Part shown: positions 49,718-61,150 of the stretch, piece after piece
Layout of the letters: every line of letters starts with the position of its first letter
Numbering within the stretch: position 1 is the stretch's first letter
Assembly (NCBI GenBank): GCA_977017645.1
Contig: OZ360247.1
Span: forward strand, 49,538,001 to 49,602,000
DNA length: 64,000 nucleotides
DNA from: Torpedo marmorata
Lineage: Eukaryota
Direction: 5' to 3'
The notes under the pieces: generated by a model
Databases searched by the model: none
What the model was told of the DNA's origin: nothing
The model's input: only the letters and a program-made list of their open reading frames with translations
Made by a program: the position numbers and the translations under genes

Positions 49718-50134
49718 CAGTGAAACCCCGATTTTACGCGCCCCGATTTAACGCGAATTCGGATATAACGTGATGAGTCATTGGACTCGGGCGTCGAGCT
49801 CCCGGCAGGAGTGGGAACGTCGGGCTCCCGGCAGGAGCGGGGACGTCGGGCTCCCGGCAGGAGTGGGGACGTCAGGAAAGACACGGCGTTCCAAATACAG
49901 ACGCACACGGGTTTATACTCAGACGCTCCGATACTTCAAACACAAGTACTGGATCATTGGGTCAGGTAAGTGTGTCCTCGCATTGCAGAGAGATTTGAAA
50001 CACTACGACGCAGAAGTTTCTCAACCCAGCGAGGTTTAATTTCAATTGTAACAACAACGATTTATTAAAACCCCGATTTAGCGTGACCCAGCTTTTTTTG
50101 CGATGAGATTTTATGGGCCCCAACGATCGCACTG
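49718..50134. mobile_element. Tigger/pogo-type MITE
   Basis: TA-CAGTGAAACCCCGATTT left end, CACTG-TA right end; repeated CCCCGATTTA motif; internal 26-bp tandem x3. Confidence 0.7.
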
Positions 50135-50394
50135 TAGTTAAATCCTTGGTCGATGAAGGTAGGCACGCATTTGCCTTCCTCACACCCCTGTCTACCCGCG
50201 TGGCCATTTTCAGGAAACGACACACTTGTAGCCATAGATCTTTCTGTTCAGCAATGTTCCCCAGGGGCCTGGCCATTCACTATGTACATCCTGCCCTGGT
50301 TTAACTTTCCAAAATGCATCACTTCACACCTGTATGAGTTAAATTCCATCTGCCATTCCCTTGTTCATTTTCTGTATGCCTTTGTACCTTTAGA

Positions 50395-50757
50395 TAATCC
50401 CAATCAGATGACATTTACATCGACCTCTCCGGTTTCCATTAGACCCCTCCCCTGTCTGTCTGTCTCTCTCTTTTCCTATCCCTCCTTTTCTCCAGCTCCC
50501 CACCCCTTCCCTCTGCATTCAGAGAGCTATCCCCTCCCCTATCACTTCTCAAGTTTTTTTCTCTTCTTCCCTCCCACCCGTATACACCTATGATGTCTTG
50601 CCTGTGGTCCTCCCCCCACAATTTTATTCAGGCGCCTGCCTGCCTTTTGCTCATACCTTGACGAAGGGCTCAGGCCCGAAACATTGGTTACAGATCTTTG
50701 CGACATGAAGAACGCTGCGTGACCTGCTGAGTTTCTCCAGCACTTTTGTGTATTGAC
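50395..50757 (+). mobile_element. Penelope-like 3' end with hammerhead motif
   Basis: ORF end (DDIYIDLSGFH*), pyrimidine tract, ACC-TTGACGA-A-GGGCTCAGGCCC-GAAACATT-GGT at 50655-50688. Confidence 0.78.
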
Positions 50758-51063
50758 CTACCCCAACTACGTGCTCATCCAAATCATTAATATATTTGAC
50801 AAACAACAGAGGACCCAGCACTGATCCCTGTGTCACACCACTGGTCACAGGCCTCCACTCTGGGAAAACAGCCCTCCACTGCCGACCTCTGAAAACTTAC
50901 ACCAAGCTAATTTTAATTCCAATTGATCAGCTCACCCTGGATCCCATATGTTCCAATCTTCTGGACTAATCTACTACGCAGGACCTTGTCAAACGTCTTG
51001 CTAAAGTCCATGTCCATGTCCTGTCCTCTTGATCACCTCTTAAAAAAATTAATCATTCATGAG

Positions 51064-51285
51064 TGAAACACGAAAGTCTGCAGACGCTGTGATTGTAGTA
51101 AAATCACAGAAATGCTGGAGGAACTCAGCCGGTCTCGCAGCGTCCATAGGAGGTAAAGATAACCGATGTTTTGATCCTGAGCCCTTCTTACCTTGAAGAA
51201 GGGCTCAGGCCGAAATGTCGGTTATATATCTTTACCTCCTATAGACGCTCCAAGACCTGCTGAGTTCCTCCAGCATTACTGTGCC
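51064..51285. mobile_element. Penelope-like fold-back mini-element
   Basis: Inverted arms meet at ~51190; TSD AATCATTCATGAG (51051-51063) / AATCATTTGTGAG (51286-51298). Confidence 0.8.
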
Positions 51286-51865
51286 AATCATTTGTGAGAT
51301 AAGATTTTTCATGCACAAATCCATGCTGACTATCCCTAATTAGTCCTTGCCTTTCCAAATGTGAATAAATCCTATCTGTCAGAATTCCATCCAATCACTT
51401 TCCCTCCTCTCTTCCTTCTTATGACATCCTGGGATACATCTGGTCTGGCCCCAGTGATTTATCCATCTTTATGTACCTTAAGGGGACTAACTCTCTCCCT
51501 GACTTTCTTCTTTAGTTCTCTCCCTGACTACCTTGTTATCTTAATTTAGTTAATGAATATTTTAGGATTCTCCTGTATCTTAACTGCCAGGGATATCTCA
51601 TAGTCCCCTTTTTGCCGTTCTAATTTTTTTCTTACGTGAAATCCCTTGTACTCAATAGATTCAGTTGACCTCAGCTGCATATTTGTCTCCTTTTTTTTCC
51701 CTGACCTGTCCCTTAATACCCCTTGTAAACCAAGGTTGCCTAATCTTGCCAGCCATGTCATTCCTCTAACTGGGACATACTGGCCCTCAACTCTTCCTAT
51801 CTCATTTTTAAAAGCCTCCCACCTGCCAGACAAGCCTTTACCTGTCAACAGCCTCTCCAAATCAA

Positions 51866-52265
51866 GAACATAACAACATAAAAATGGGAATAGATCATTC
51901 GTCCCGTCGAGTCTGCTCTGCCATTTAATAAGATCATGGCTTATCTGTCCGTGGACTCAGTTCCACCTGCCCGCCTTTTCCCCATAACCCTTAATTCCCC
52001 TACGTTACAAAAATCTATCTATAGCTATATTCGATGAGGTAGTCTCCACTGCTTCCCTGGCAGAGAATTAACAGATTTACCCCTCTCTGGCAAAAGCAGT
52101 TCCTCCTCATCTGCATCCCAAATCTACTCCCTTGAACCTTGAGGTCATGTCCCCAAGTTCTGGTCTCACCTACCAGTGGAAACAACCTCCCAGCCTCTAT
52201 CTTATCTATTCCTTTCATAATTTTATATGTTTCTATAAGGTCCCTTCTCATTCTTCTAATTTCTG
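51866..52265 (-). mobile_element. Younger CR1 3' end
   Basis: RRMRRDLIETYKIMKGIDKIEAGRLFP; similar to 62005-63385. Confidence 0.8.
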
Positions 52266-52389
52266 AGAGTTCATGTCTGATGCCATCAAAATTAGCCTCA
52301 CTCCAATTTAGGAATTTAACTTGAGGACCACTCCGATCTTTTTCCATGACTATCTTGAAACTAATAGAATGGAAATTTTTAATTTTTTT

Positions 52390-52605
52390 TATTTACAACA
52401 TGGTAGAAGCCAATTCTGGCCATTGAGACCCAAGCTGCCCAATTACAGCCAATTAACCTTACAACCCCATACATTTTTAGAGGGTGGAAAGAAACCGGTG
52501 CACCCGGGGAAAACCCAGGCAGGTTACGGGGAGAACGTACAAACTCCTTACAGACAGCGCCCGATTCGAACCCTGGCCGCTGGCGCTGTAATAGCATTGC
52601 GCTAA
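52390..52605 (-). mobile_element. HE1/V-type SINE
   Basis: Family match. Confidence 0.8.
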
Positions 52606-52983
52606 GAGATCCATGCAACCTCTGAAGAACAAATAAATTGCTGGATGATATAGGGCCAAGGTCCATCAATTCACCTTCTAGTACCCTGATAACCACATGG
52701 TAATAAAAACAATTACTGACACTGAAAATCTGAAATAAATACAGAAAATATTGAAAATACTCACCAGGTTAGATCGCATCAAAGGGAGGAGAAACAGAGT
52801 TAATTTTTCTGTATGTTCATGATAGTTATTAACATGAAAAATAATCACAAATCAACACCCTTGAATTAGTTTGCATGATGTTAAGTACCAGTTATTATTA
52901 TTGCATGGGAGGTAATATTGGCTTTAACAAGGAGCAGAAGCATCCCAGCTACGACAGCAACAATAACCACCTATAATATAGTA

Positions 52984-53186
52984 GTAAACACAAAAGTCTG
53001 CAGACACCGTGATTGAAGCAAAAACACATTGCTGGAGAAACTCAGCAGGTCAAACAGTGTACTCTACGTAGCAAAGACAAAGATACATAACCAACGTTTT
53101 GGGCTTGAGCCCTTCATCAAGGTATCATACCTTGCCAGATAAAGTACACTGTGTGACCTGCTGAGTTTCTCTAGCATTGTGTTTTT
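52984..53186. mobile_element. Penelope-like fold-back mini-element
   Basis: Arms meet at CAAGGTAT-C-ATACCTTG (~53125); TSD ACCTATAATATAGTA (52969-52983) / ACCGATAATACAGTA (53187-53201). Confidence 0.8.
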
Positions 53187-54049
53187 ACCGATAATACAGT
53201 AAAGCCTCATGTGGTGTTTGAAGTTTGTTAAAGTTGTTAGAGTTATCACTTGACCTGAGGTGAGGAGTGTACAGCATTGGGGCATTGTCCCCACAATCTC
53301 ATATCAATAAATATGTTGAGGCTGTCCTTGCAGTATATGTGCTTAGTATATGTATCAAACCTACGTTCCAGAAACAACCGGAAGATTTGAGGGTTTGAAG
53401 CAAACTCAAATCTTATTTCATTTTATGACCATTTAAATGTGCTGAAGATATGGCTTCAGCTATAAATTTTGTTTTTTATTCAAAATATTTTTACATTTAA
53501 TGAGAATGTTGTTCCTCCTAAAAATTGGGCTATATTCATCATAGTTATTCCAAATGACCTCATCAAATCTGGACTGCAGATTTGTACTGGCTGTTATTAA
53601 TCTACCACAGATATTCACAGCAAGTAACTTTATGGTTTAAGATATTTGAGCACACCATTACGTAAGGTCATGTACTCTGTCTGTGCTCACCTCTTGTACC
53701 TTCAACACCAATGCACTACGTCTGCTGATCTCCATTTGTTGGCTCCACCAATTATCACATTCTCATCTTTATATAATTTCAGGCCTCCACCCCTCTTGAT
53801 CTCAAGAACCTCCTCCAGCTCCCTGCTCATTCAACACCAGTCTCTTATACATCTTAGATTTTCTTCACGTCATTATTAGTGACCTTGCCTTCCTCGATTC
53901 GGCCCATCGTTATGGAATCTTTTCCCTAATCTCTCTGTATTTCTCTTATCTTTAAGGTGCACCTTTAAAGTAAGTTTTTTGGCCAGGATTTATTTATTTA
54001 TCTATCTATCTATCCTTCCATCTATATGTCTATTTATTTATTTATTTTA

Positions 54050-54272
54050 ATAATACAGCATGGTGGAAAGTCCTTCCAGCCCATGAAACCCGTGACACCT
54101 AATTAACCTACCAACCCCATACGTTTTTGGAGGGTAGAAGGAAACCGAAGCACTCGAAGAAAACCCACGTGGCTATGACGAGACCATACAAACTCCTTAC
54201 AGACATAACAGATTCAAACCTGGATCACTGGGGCAGTAATAGCATTGCACTAACTGCTGCGCTAACCGTGCC
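54050..54272 (-). mobile_element. HE1/V-type SINE
   Basis: Family match. Confidence 0.75.
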
Positions 54273-54514
54273 ACACATATATATTGGCTCCTTTTTAAGT
54301 TTGGTGTCAATTTTCAACAAATAGCACACCTGCCAAATACATTTGAATGCTTTGGTTGATAATCTTTATTGGTATAGGTATTGCAGCTGGACTGTTTCCA
54401 CACTTAGAGTCAATATTACCTTCTTCTCTATTGCTGGAAGTGATGCCTTTTACACAAATGAATCGCAGTTGTTCCCCCACTCATGGGGAGACAGATTTGC
54501 AGAAAGTGCAGGCA

Positions 54515-56170
54515 AAAGCTTTGGCTACGGTCTTTGGCATCACAATTTTCCACCCTGACTGACATATCTCCCAGCACCCCCGGAAAAATCATTACTTTTG
54601 ATAACACTCCCTTTCTCTCATCCATCTAATTTGTTGTACCACTTCCAAACATTTTAAGTTTGGTCATGATAAATTTGTGATTGCTTTGCTGACATTCCAT
54701 TGTAAAATTTGGCAACTGAAAAATTTGTTTCCTCTAATCCAAGTAAAAAGTAAAGACTTATTTCTGTGCTGCCTTTCAAAACCTTGGCATATTCCAAAGT
54801 GCTTTATAAGTACCTGAACTTTGGAAGTGCTTTACTTCTGAAGTTCAGGTATTGTTCTAACGAGGGGGACCGTGTGCGCCAAGTGGCTAGCAAGAGCTTT
54901 GGCTACAGTATTTTGATCCATGCGAGTGCAACTACTCATTGAGAAGATGAACGGCTCACCTTCCACCTCCTTCTCCATGCTGTGCTCAGGTACAGATGGC
55001 TCCATGAAGCAACCTTTGCCTTCATTCTATTTAACTTTATTGCAATTAACATCCTTTCTAAGTTTCAACCTTCCTTTTTTCAACACATTTTCTATTTGTT
55101 CAATTAATTCCACATCAATTTCCGCCTCTTGCCCAGATGGTCTGTGACAATTCCCTATTATTTATTTCCTTTTGCATCACAATTTTCCACCTTAACTGAC
55201 TAATATTTCCCAGCACCCCATGAAAAATCATTACTTTTGATAACACTCCCTTTCTCTCCTCCCTCTAATTTGCTGTACCACATCCAAAATTTTAAGTTTG
55301 GTCATGATAAATTTGTGATTGTTTTGCTGAAATTCCATTGTAAATGATTCAAGATTCAATTTATTGTCATGTAATGAGGACAGTGTCATATTACACAAAA
55401 TTGCTTTATCCTGCTGTAAGGCAGATAGATTCGCCATCGGCAGAAATTGCCTGAAGCTCCTCTTAGAGTCAGAGAAAGAGAAGCAAAAGAGAGTCCCCCC
55501 AGAGTCACCGAGTGTCCGTAGATTCGCCTCCAGTGCTCCCACAGCCTCTGCAGCCACACAGAGTCCAGTCCAAACCATCGGCAACCCGAGCTCCAGATCC
55601 GAACCTCTGACACGATCAGGAACCCTTCAACTCCCTCGGCTCCCCCTCGCATCCCGGTTCCGATACTTGGTACCCCTTCAGCTAGTTGCGAGCCAATCTC
55701 CAGCTGTCCGCAGCCTGCTGTGAGTCCCTTGACCGCAGCCCATAGCCTCTGTGGGTTCCTCGCCTTGAGTCACCAGCAGCCCGCCACATGTGTGGGTCTT
55801 TCAGCCGCAAAGCCCCTCACTGGTCTGCTGCCATGGTCACCGTCCCGTGGGTTGTCTCCTCTGCTTCTCCTTCTCAGACGGGGGTGGGGGGGGGGTGGTC
55901 TCTCCGTTTTCTGGTGCCCTGCGCCAGTCCTCCGCTTCCCTGGAGTCTGCAATCCTCGTGGCTGCTGCCAATCATAGGCGCGCAAACTTGGTAACTGAAA
56001 AATTTGTTTCCCGTTCCTCTAATCCAAGTAAAAAGTAAAGACATTTCTGTGCTACCTTTAAAAACCTTGGAATATTCCAAAGTGCTTTACATTTACCTGA
56101 ACTTTGGAAGTACTGTACTTTACTTCTGAAGTTCAGACACTGTTCGAACGTGAGTCTGTGGCAGCCAAGT
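54515..56170. repeat. Local tandem duplication (~375-bp unit); second copy carries insertions
   Basis: 54515-54890 aligns to 54893-54915 + 55173-55345 + 55983-56170. Confidence 0.85.
55346..55982 (-). mobile_element. GC-rich retroposon copy 5 (5'-truncated)
   Basis: GATTCAAGATTCAATTTATTGTCAT tail; body matches copy 2. Confidence 0.85.
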
Positions 56171-56945
56171 TGCTTGCTGTAAGGTCTCATAAACTGCATT
56201 GTGATATTGATTGTGTTCATCTAATTTAATGAAGGGTGAAACACGAAAGTCTGCAGACACTGTAATTGTAGTAAAAAGACACAGAAATGCTGGAGGAACT
56301 CAGCCGGTCTCGCTGTGTCCGTAGGAGGTAAAGATATGTTACCGACATTTCGGGCCTGAGCCCTTCTTCAAGGTAGAAGCAGAAAACAGAAAGGCGACTG
56401 GATAAAGACTGGAGAAAGAAAGGGGGAAGAATGGGAAGGGGAGGAGTCCAGACCAACAGCCAAAAGGTGTTAATTGGACATGATAAGAGGAAATGTGAGA
56501 ATTGATTTTGGCTCTGTAAAAGGAGACAGAGGGAAAAGGGAAAAGGGAAGAAAGAGAGAGACAGAGCTGGGGAAAGGCAACAGGGGGAAGTAGAAGGGGG
56601 TGGGGGTTAACGGAAACCGGGGAAGTCGATGTTAATGCCATCCAGTTGGAGAGTGCACAGATGAGGTGTTGTTCCTCCAACAATTTAATGATGTTGCTTG
56701 AGGAAAAAACATGGGCCAAGGAACTGGGGAGATGTCTCCCTCTCTTCTTCCTTGAGGTGGCAGATACAGTATTCCGAAGGCTTTTCCCAGAAAGTGGCAT
56801 ATCTGACAGTGCACTCCCTCGACGCTGATCCGGATTGAGTTAGACATAGAATGGCAGCAGCCCTTGTCATCACATTGGACACCCCAACTCAACTTGAGCT
56901 GTCCAATGTCCAAGACCCAAAACCTTCTGATAGAAACGAGTGGTG
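56036..56945 (-). mobile_element. Ancient Deu-domain SINE (56036-56232 plus 56682-56945), split by Penelope
   Basis: Recalled SacSINE1-like blocks: CCAAAGTGCTTTACA, GGCAGCCAAGTTG, GATGTTGCTTGAGG..GGCCAAGGAACTGGGGAGA, GACAGTGCACTCCCTC, AACCTTCTGA. Confidence 0.55.
56233..56681 (-). mobile_element. Penelope-like element 3' end (GIY-YIG C-terminus plus terminus)
   Basis: Minus strand LEEQHLI..(frameshift)..QLDGINIDFPGFR*; hammerhead motif 56341-56375; TSD AATTTAATGA (56223-56232, 56682-56691). Confidence 0.82.
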
Positions 56946-56987
56946 TTGGGTTCCTCTGCCTACTACTGGGATACTGGGAGATTACAT

Positions 56988-57140
56988 GGGCGGCGCGGTT
57001 AGCGCCATGCTATGACAGTGCCAGCAATGCAGTTTTGAATTCGGCACTGTCTGTAAGGAGTTTGTATGTTCTTCTCATCACCTGCGTGAGTTTTCACCGG
57101 GTGCTCCAGTTTCCCTCCCCCCACCCCCCAACTCTCCAAA
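56988..57140 (+). mobile_element. HE1/V-type SINE, 3'-truncated
   Basis: Family match. Confidence 0.7.
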
Positions 57141-57224
57141 ATATTTTGACTCCTCTCAGTAATTTCTCTGTTCCACATCTGCTGCATGATGACATCCAAG
57201 TTGTAATTCAAACCAAAAGATAAA

Positions 57225-57330
57225 CAGCAGACCTTACCCCAGTGTACAATGGGGTCAAACAAGGCGGTCTCATCACACCAACATTTTTCACAGTATTCCT
57301 TGTCACAATATTGCATGAATTGGAGATCCA
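57225..57330 (+). mobile_element. RTE-type RT fragment
   Basis: NGVKQGGLITPTFFTVF. Confidence 0.5.
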
Positions 57331-57977
57331 GACTCAAACCGCCCCCCTTCCCTCATCCACCCCCGCCCACACACATGCAGATGCAAATAAACACACACTG
57401 AGTACACAGTAAGCACACGTATACACACTCACACCCATGAGTGATCATACCCACCCCTTTTCTTCGGCCCACTTCCCTATCCTGACACTCCTTCTTCAGT
57501 CTCTAACTCATGTTCTCTTTTCTGTAATGCCATAAGTTGTAGGAGCAGAATTAGGCCATTCAGCCCCTTGAACCTGCTCTGCCATTCAAATCATGGCTGA
57601 TGTATTTTTCCTGTCAACTCCATTCTCCTGTGCTGAAGTCGACCCGTGCTGTAATAAAACAAACAGCAGAACCAAAGAGCGTACAATCACTTCTTTATTG
57701 CCTTGCGCTAGCGGGAGTGAGGGGTACAAAGAAAGAGTAACAATGTAACTCATACTTTGCACTGATCCCCACTCAAAGTATACAGCATCCTTGTACAGCT
57801 TATATAGTCCTTTAGACAGGTGCTTACGTGCAGTTTTACGTTTTTTCTTTTGGCAATCTAATGTTTTTACTACTTCTGTTCTTTACAGTTTCTGTGATTT
57901 ACAACCCAGCAACTTTCCCAGCAACTTTTAGATACACCATATATCTTACTTAATATTCCCATCCCATTCCAGTCATA

Positions 57978-58880
57978 CAGTACATTTCCCCTTATCCGAA
58001 GTTCCGTTAACCGAAATGATCCATTAACCGAACTTTTTTGCGGTGCCGACCTGACGTCACAAGTTGAAAAAAATTTATCACCCGACTTGCCCATGTGGGG
58101 ATCTGACGCTCTGTTGGCGCCATTTTGATAACAACGGAGCTCTCGTTGCAAATGGCAAAAAGGTCTGCAGATAGCACTATGGATGTCAGTGAAAAGAAAA
58201 GGAGGAAGCGTTTATGTTTGTCTATAGAACAGAAAGTCTAGCTGTTGGCGAAACTGGACAGCGGNNNNNNNNNNNNNNNNNNNNNNNNNNNNNNNNNNNN
58301 NNNNNNNNNNNNNNNNNNNNNNNNNNNNNNNNNNNNNNNNNNNNNNNNNNNNNNNNNNNNNNNNNNNNNNNNNNNNNNNNNNNNNNNNNNNNNNNNNACA
58401 TTGCATCAAGGTGAGCGCGATGAAGATGACTTGGTTGACACTGCAGAAAAAGTGCCTATAGACGACATGGTGAAAATGTGTGATGGACTTATTGAAGCAC
58501 TAGAGCAGCGTGCATTCATAACAGAACAAGAAATCATGTCCGTTTATAAAATCAAAGAGAGACTACTAAGACAAAAACCATTGTTAATGAGGCAGATGAC
58601 ACTGGAGGAAACATTTCAAAAGCCATCAAGCAGAATTTCTAGTGTTTGGTGCTGCATTTATCTTATTTTGTAAGCAGAGATCAAATTGTTTTTTGGTACG
58701 TATTAAACATTATTTCATGCTCGAAAAGCCTGCCGTTGTTTTTTGTTGTTGTTTAACCGCTGATACAAGTATTCTGTTGATGCTACTGAGCTGCTTAAAG
58801 CCACTGTTCCGTTAACCGAAAAACCCCAATAACCGAAAACCGTCCGGTACCAAGCTTTTCGGATATGGGGAAACGTACTG
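57978..58880 (+). mobile_element. Tigger (pogo) DNA transposon spanning the assembly gap
   Basis: 23-bp TIR CAGTACRTTTCCCCWTATCCGAA, TA TSD; ATG 58152 MAKRSADST..KKRRKRLCLSIEQKV*LLAKLDSG (CENP-B-type HTH start); C-terminus EKVPIDDMVKMCDGLIE..RQMTLEETF. Confidence 0.9.
58265..58397. other. Assembly gap (133 N)
   Basis: Run of N. Confidence 1.
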
Positions 58881-59268
58881 TAGTATGCTTTGCAGCTGTG
58901 GACTGCTTAATCTACTGAACCATTAACTCTTTGTTGGCCTACTTACCATAGCAGAAGCCCCCTTTCCATAATTCTTTACACCTGCCTTCTCCCCGTTACC
59001 TTTGACAACCTTACTAATCAAGAATCTATCAACTGCCACTTTAAATCTACCCAATGACGGCCTCCACAGCTATCCGTGGCAGCATTCCACAGATTCACCA
59101 CACTTTGGCTGAAGGAATTTCTCCTCATCTCTGTTCCAATGGAATATCCTTTTTTTCTGACGCTGCGCCCTCCAGTTCTAGACTCTCCCGCCACTGGAAA
59201 CATCTTCTCCACATCCACCATATCCTTCTCTTTCAATATGCGGCAGGTTTCAAGGAGATCCCCTCTCA

Positions 59269-59894
59269 TCAAGAACTTCAAATTCCTGGGTGTAAACATC
59301 TCCGAGGATCTGTCCTGGAGCCTCCATGTCAATGAAATCACTGAGAAGGCTTGCCAGCGGCTATACTTTGTGAGGAGTTTGAGTAGATTCGGTATGTTAC
59401 CGAAGACTCTTGAAAACTTCGACAGGTGTAACGTGGAGACCATTCTGGCTGGTTGCATCACTGTCTGGTACAGAGGTGCCAACGCTCAGGACAGGAAAAA
59501 GCTCCAGAGGGTTGTTAACTCGGCCTGTGACATCACGGGCACCAGACTTCACTCCATCGAGGACATCTACAAGAGGCGGTGTCTTAAGAAAGTAGCCTCT
59601 ATCCTTAAGGACTCTCACCACCCAGGCCATGTCCACTTCACTCTGCTACCATTGGGTAAAAGGTACAGGAGCCTAAAGACGAGCACCCAGCGGCACAAGG
59701 ACAGCTTCTTCCCCGCTGCCATCAGATTTCTGAATGATCAATGAACCACAGACACTGCCTTACTTTGACTTTTTCTTGCACTATTTTTTAAAATTTATTT
59801 TGTAACGTGGTTTATATAAATGTTTGCACTGTGACGGTGCTGCAAAACAATGAATTTCGTGACATGTTCATCACAATAAATTCTGATTCTGATT
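59269..59894 (+). mobile_element. Rex1 3' fragment
   Basis: [25 protein letters not shown]; (TTCTGA)n tail. Confidence 0.9.
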
Positions 59895-60404
59895 CGTTCC
59901 TAATTCCAGTGAGTACAGGCCCAGAGCCATGAAACGCTCCTTATACATGAATCCACTGTGAGACCGGCTGAGTTCCTCCAGCATTTCTGTGTTTTTACTA
60001 CAATTACAGCATCTGCAGACTTTCGTGTTTCACTCCATTAATCCTCTCATCCCTGGGATCATTCTCTCCCTGAATGCCTCCCACAATTTCATCCGTCTCC
60101 CTCCCTTTCAGCTCTGTGCTACATCTTTACCGTCCCATGAATTCTCACTTTCTTTTACTCCAGATTACCCTGCTCTCACTTCACTGCCCCCATCCCCACC
60201 CCCATGCTCCAGCCGCCACTACTCTCCCCTGATTTAGGCCGTCCACCTTCACCAGGGCCACTGCCTGGTTCCTGATCTCTGACTTTGATCCCAGCAGCTA
60301 CATCACTCGATTTAGCCCTGAACCCCACAAAACCTTGGGAGAATCTTTAGCTGCCCATCCAATGACCTGTGGGCAGACTGGTGGGTCCTGGTGCCTACAG
60401 AGGC

Positions 60405-61010
60405 ATCATGAAGAAAGCACGTCAGCGCCTCTACTTCCCTAGGAGTTTGCGGAGGTTTGGTATGACATCAGAGAACCTGGCAAATTTCTACAGATGTGTG
60501 GTGGTCTAGTATGGGGACACCAATACCCCTGAGCATAAAGCCCTGCAAAAGGTAGTGGACACAACCCAGGACATCACAGGCAAAACCCTTCCCTCCATCA
60601 AGAACATCTACAGGGAACGCTGCCATCGGAGAACAGCAGCAATCATCAAGGATCCACACCACCCAGCACATGCTCTGTTCTCACTGCTACCATCAAGAAA
60701 GAGGTATAGGTGCCACAAGACTCACACCACCAGGTTCAGGAACAGCTGCTGCCCCTCCACCATCACACTCCTCAACAATAAACTCAATCAGGCACTCATT
60801 TAAGGATTCTTACTTTTGCACTATATTTTTTTCCAGTCTGTATTGCACAGTCAGTTTGTTTACATTTCTTTATTTGTTTACATGCGTACGTTGTGTACAG
60901 TTTTTTTTGCACTACCAATAAGTGGTAATTCTGCCTGGTCCACAGGAAAAAGAATCTCAGGGTTGTATGTGATGTCATGTATGCACTCTGACAATAAATC
61001 TGAAATCTGA
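60405..61010 (+). mobile_element. Rex1-type 3' fragment (other subfamily)
   Basis: [25 protein letters not shown]; GACAATAAA(TCTGAAA)n. Confidence 0.85.
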
Positions 61011-61150
61011 ACCCAGAGCAATGTTGGACTATATCCCAAGTCAGGTGGGTTGGGGAAGAGATTGTTGAATCCCATTTTAATCCAAGACAACACCCTGCCT
61101 GCAGAGATCACTGAGATGGTGATTGAATAAACTGATTTTATGCTTTAGGC

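Larger units (their letters stand above)
48210..52365 (-). mobile_element. Old CR1 fragmented by later insertions (SINE, Rex1, Tigger MITE, Penelope ends, younger CR1)
   Basis: Collinear CR1 peptides between inserts: [48 protein letters not shown]. Confidence 0.7.
57631..58980 (-). mobile_element. Solo LTR (~445 bp without the nested Tigger)
   Basis: TG..CA ends, 4-bp TSD CCTG (57627-57630, 58981-58984); minus-strand TATATAA 57800-57806 and AATAAA 57694-57699. Confidence 0.78.
57530..60065 (-). mobile_element. CR1 3' end split by a solo LTR, Rex1 and a Penelope terminus (59955-60036)
   Basis: Pieces 57530-57630, 58981-59268 and 59895-60065 are collinear CR1 (MRGDLLETCRILK..FSQSVVNLWN). Confidence 0.75.

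Noticed and set aside
58245-58673. 142-aa ORF spanning the N run
   Set aside because: Frame across a gap of estimated length is meaningless, and an upstream in-frame TAG interrupts the true start.
59076-59744. 222-aa ORF as a chimeric gene
   Set aside because: Chance read-through from antisense CR1 into a Rex1 fragment.
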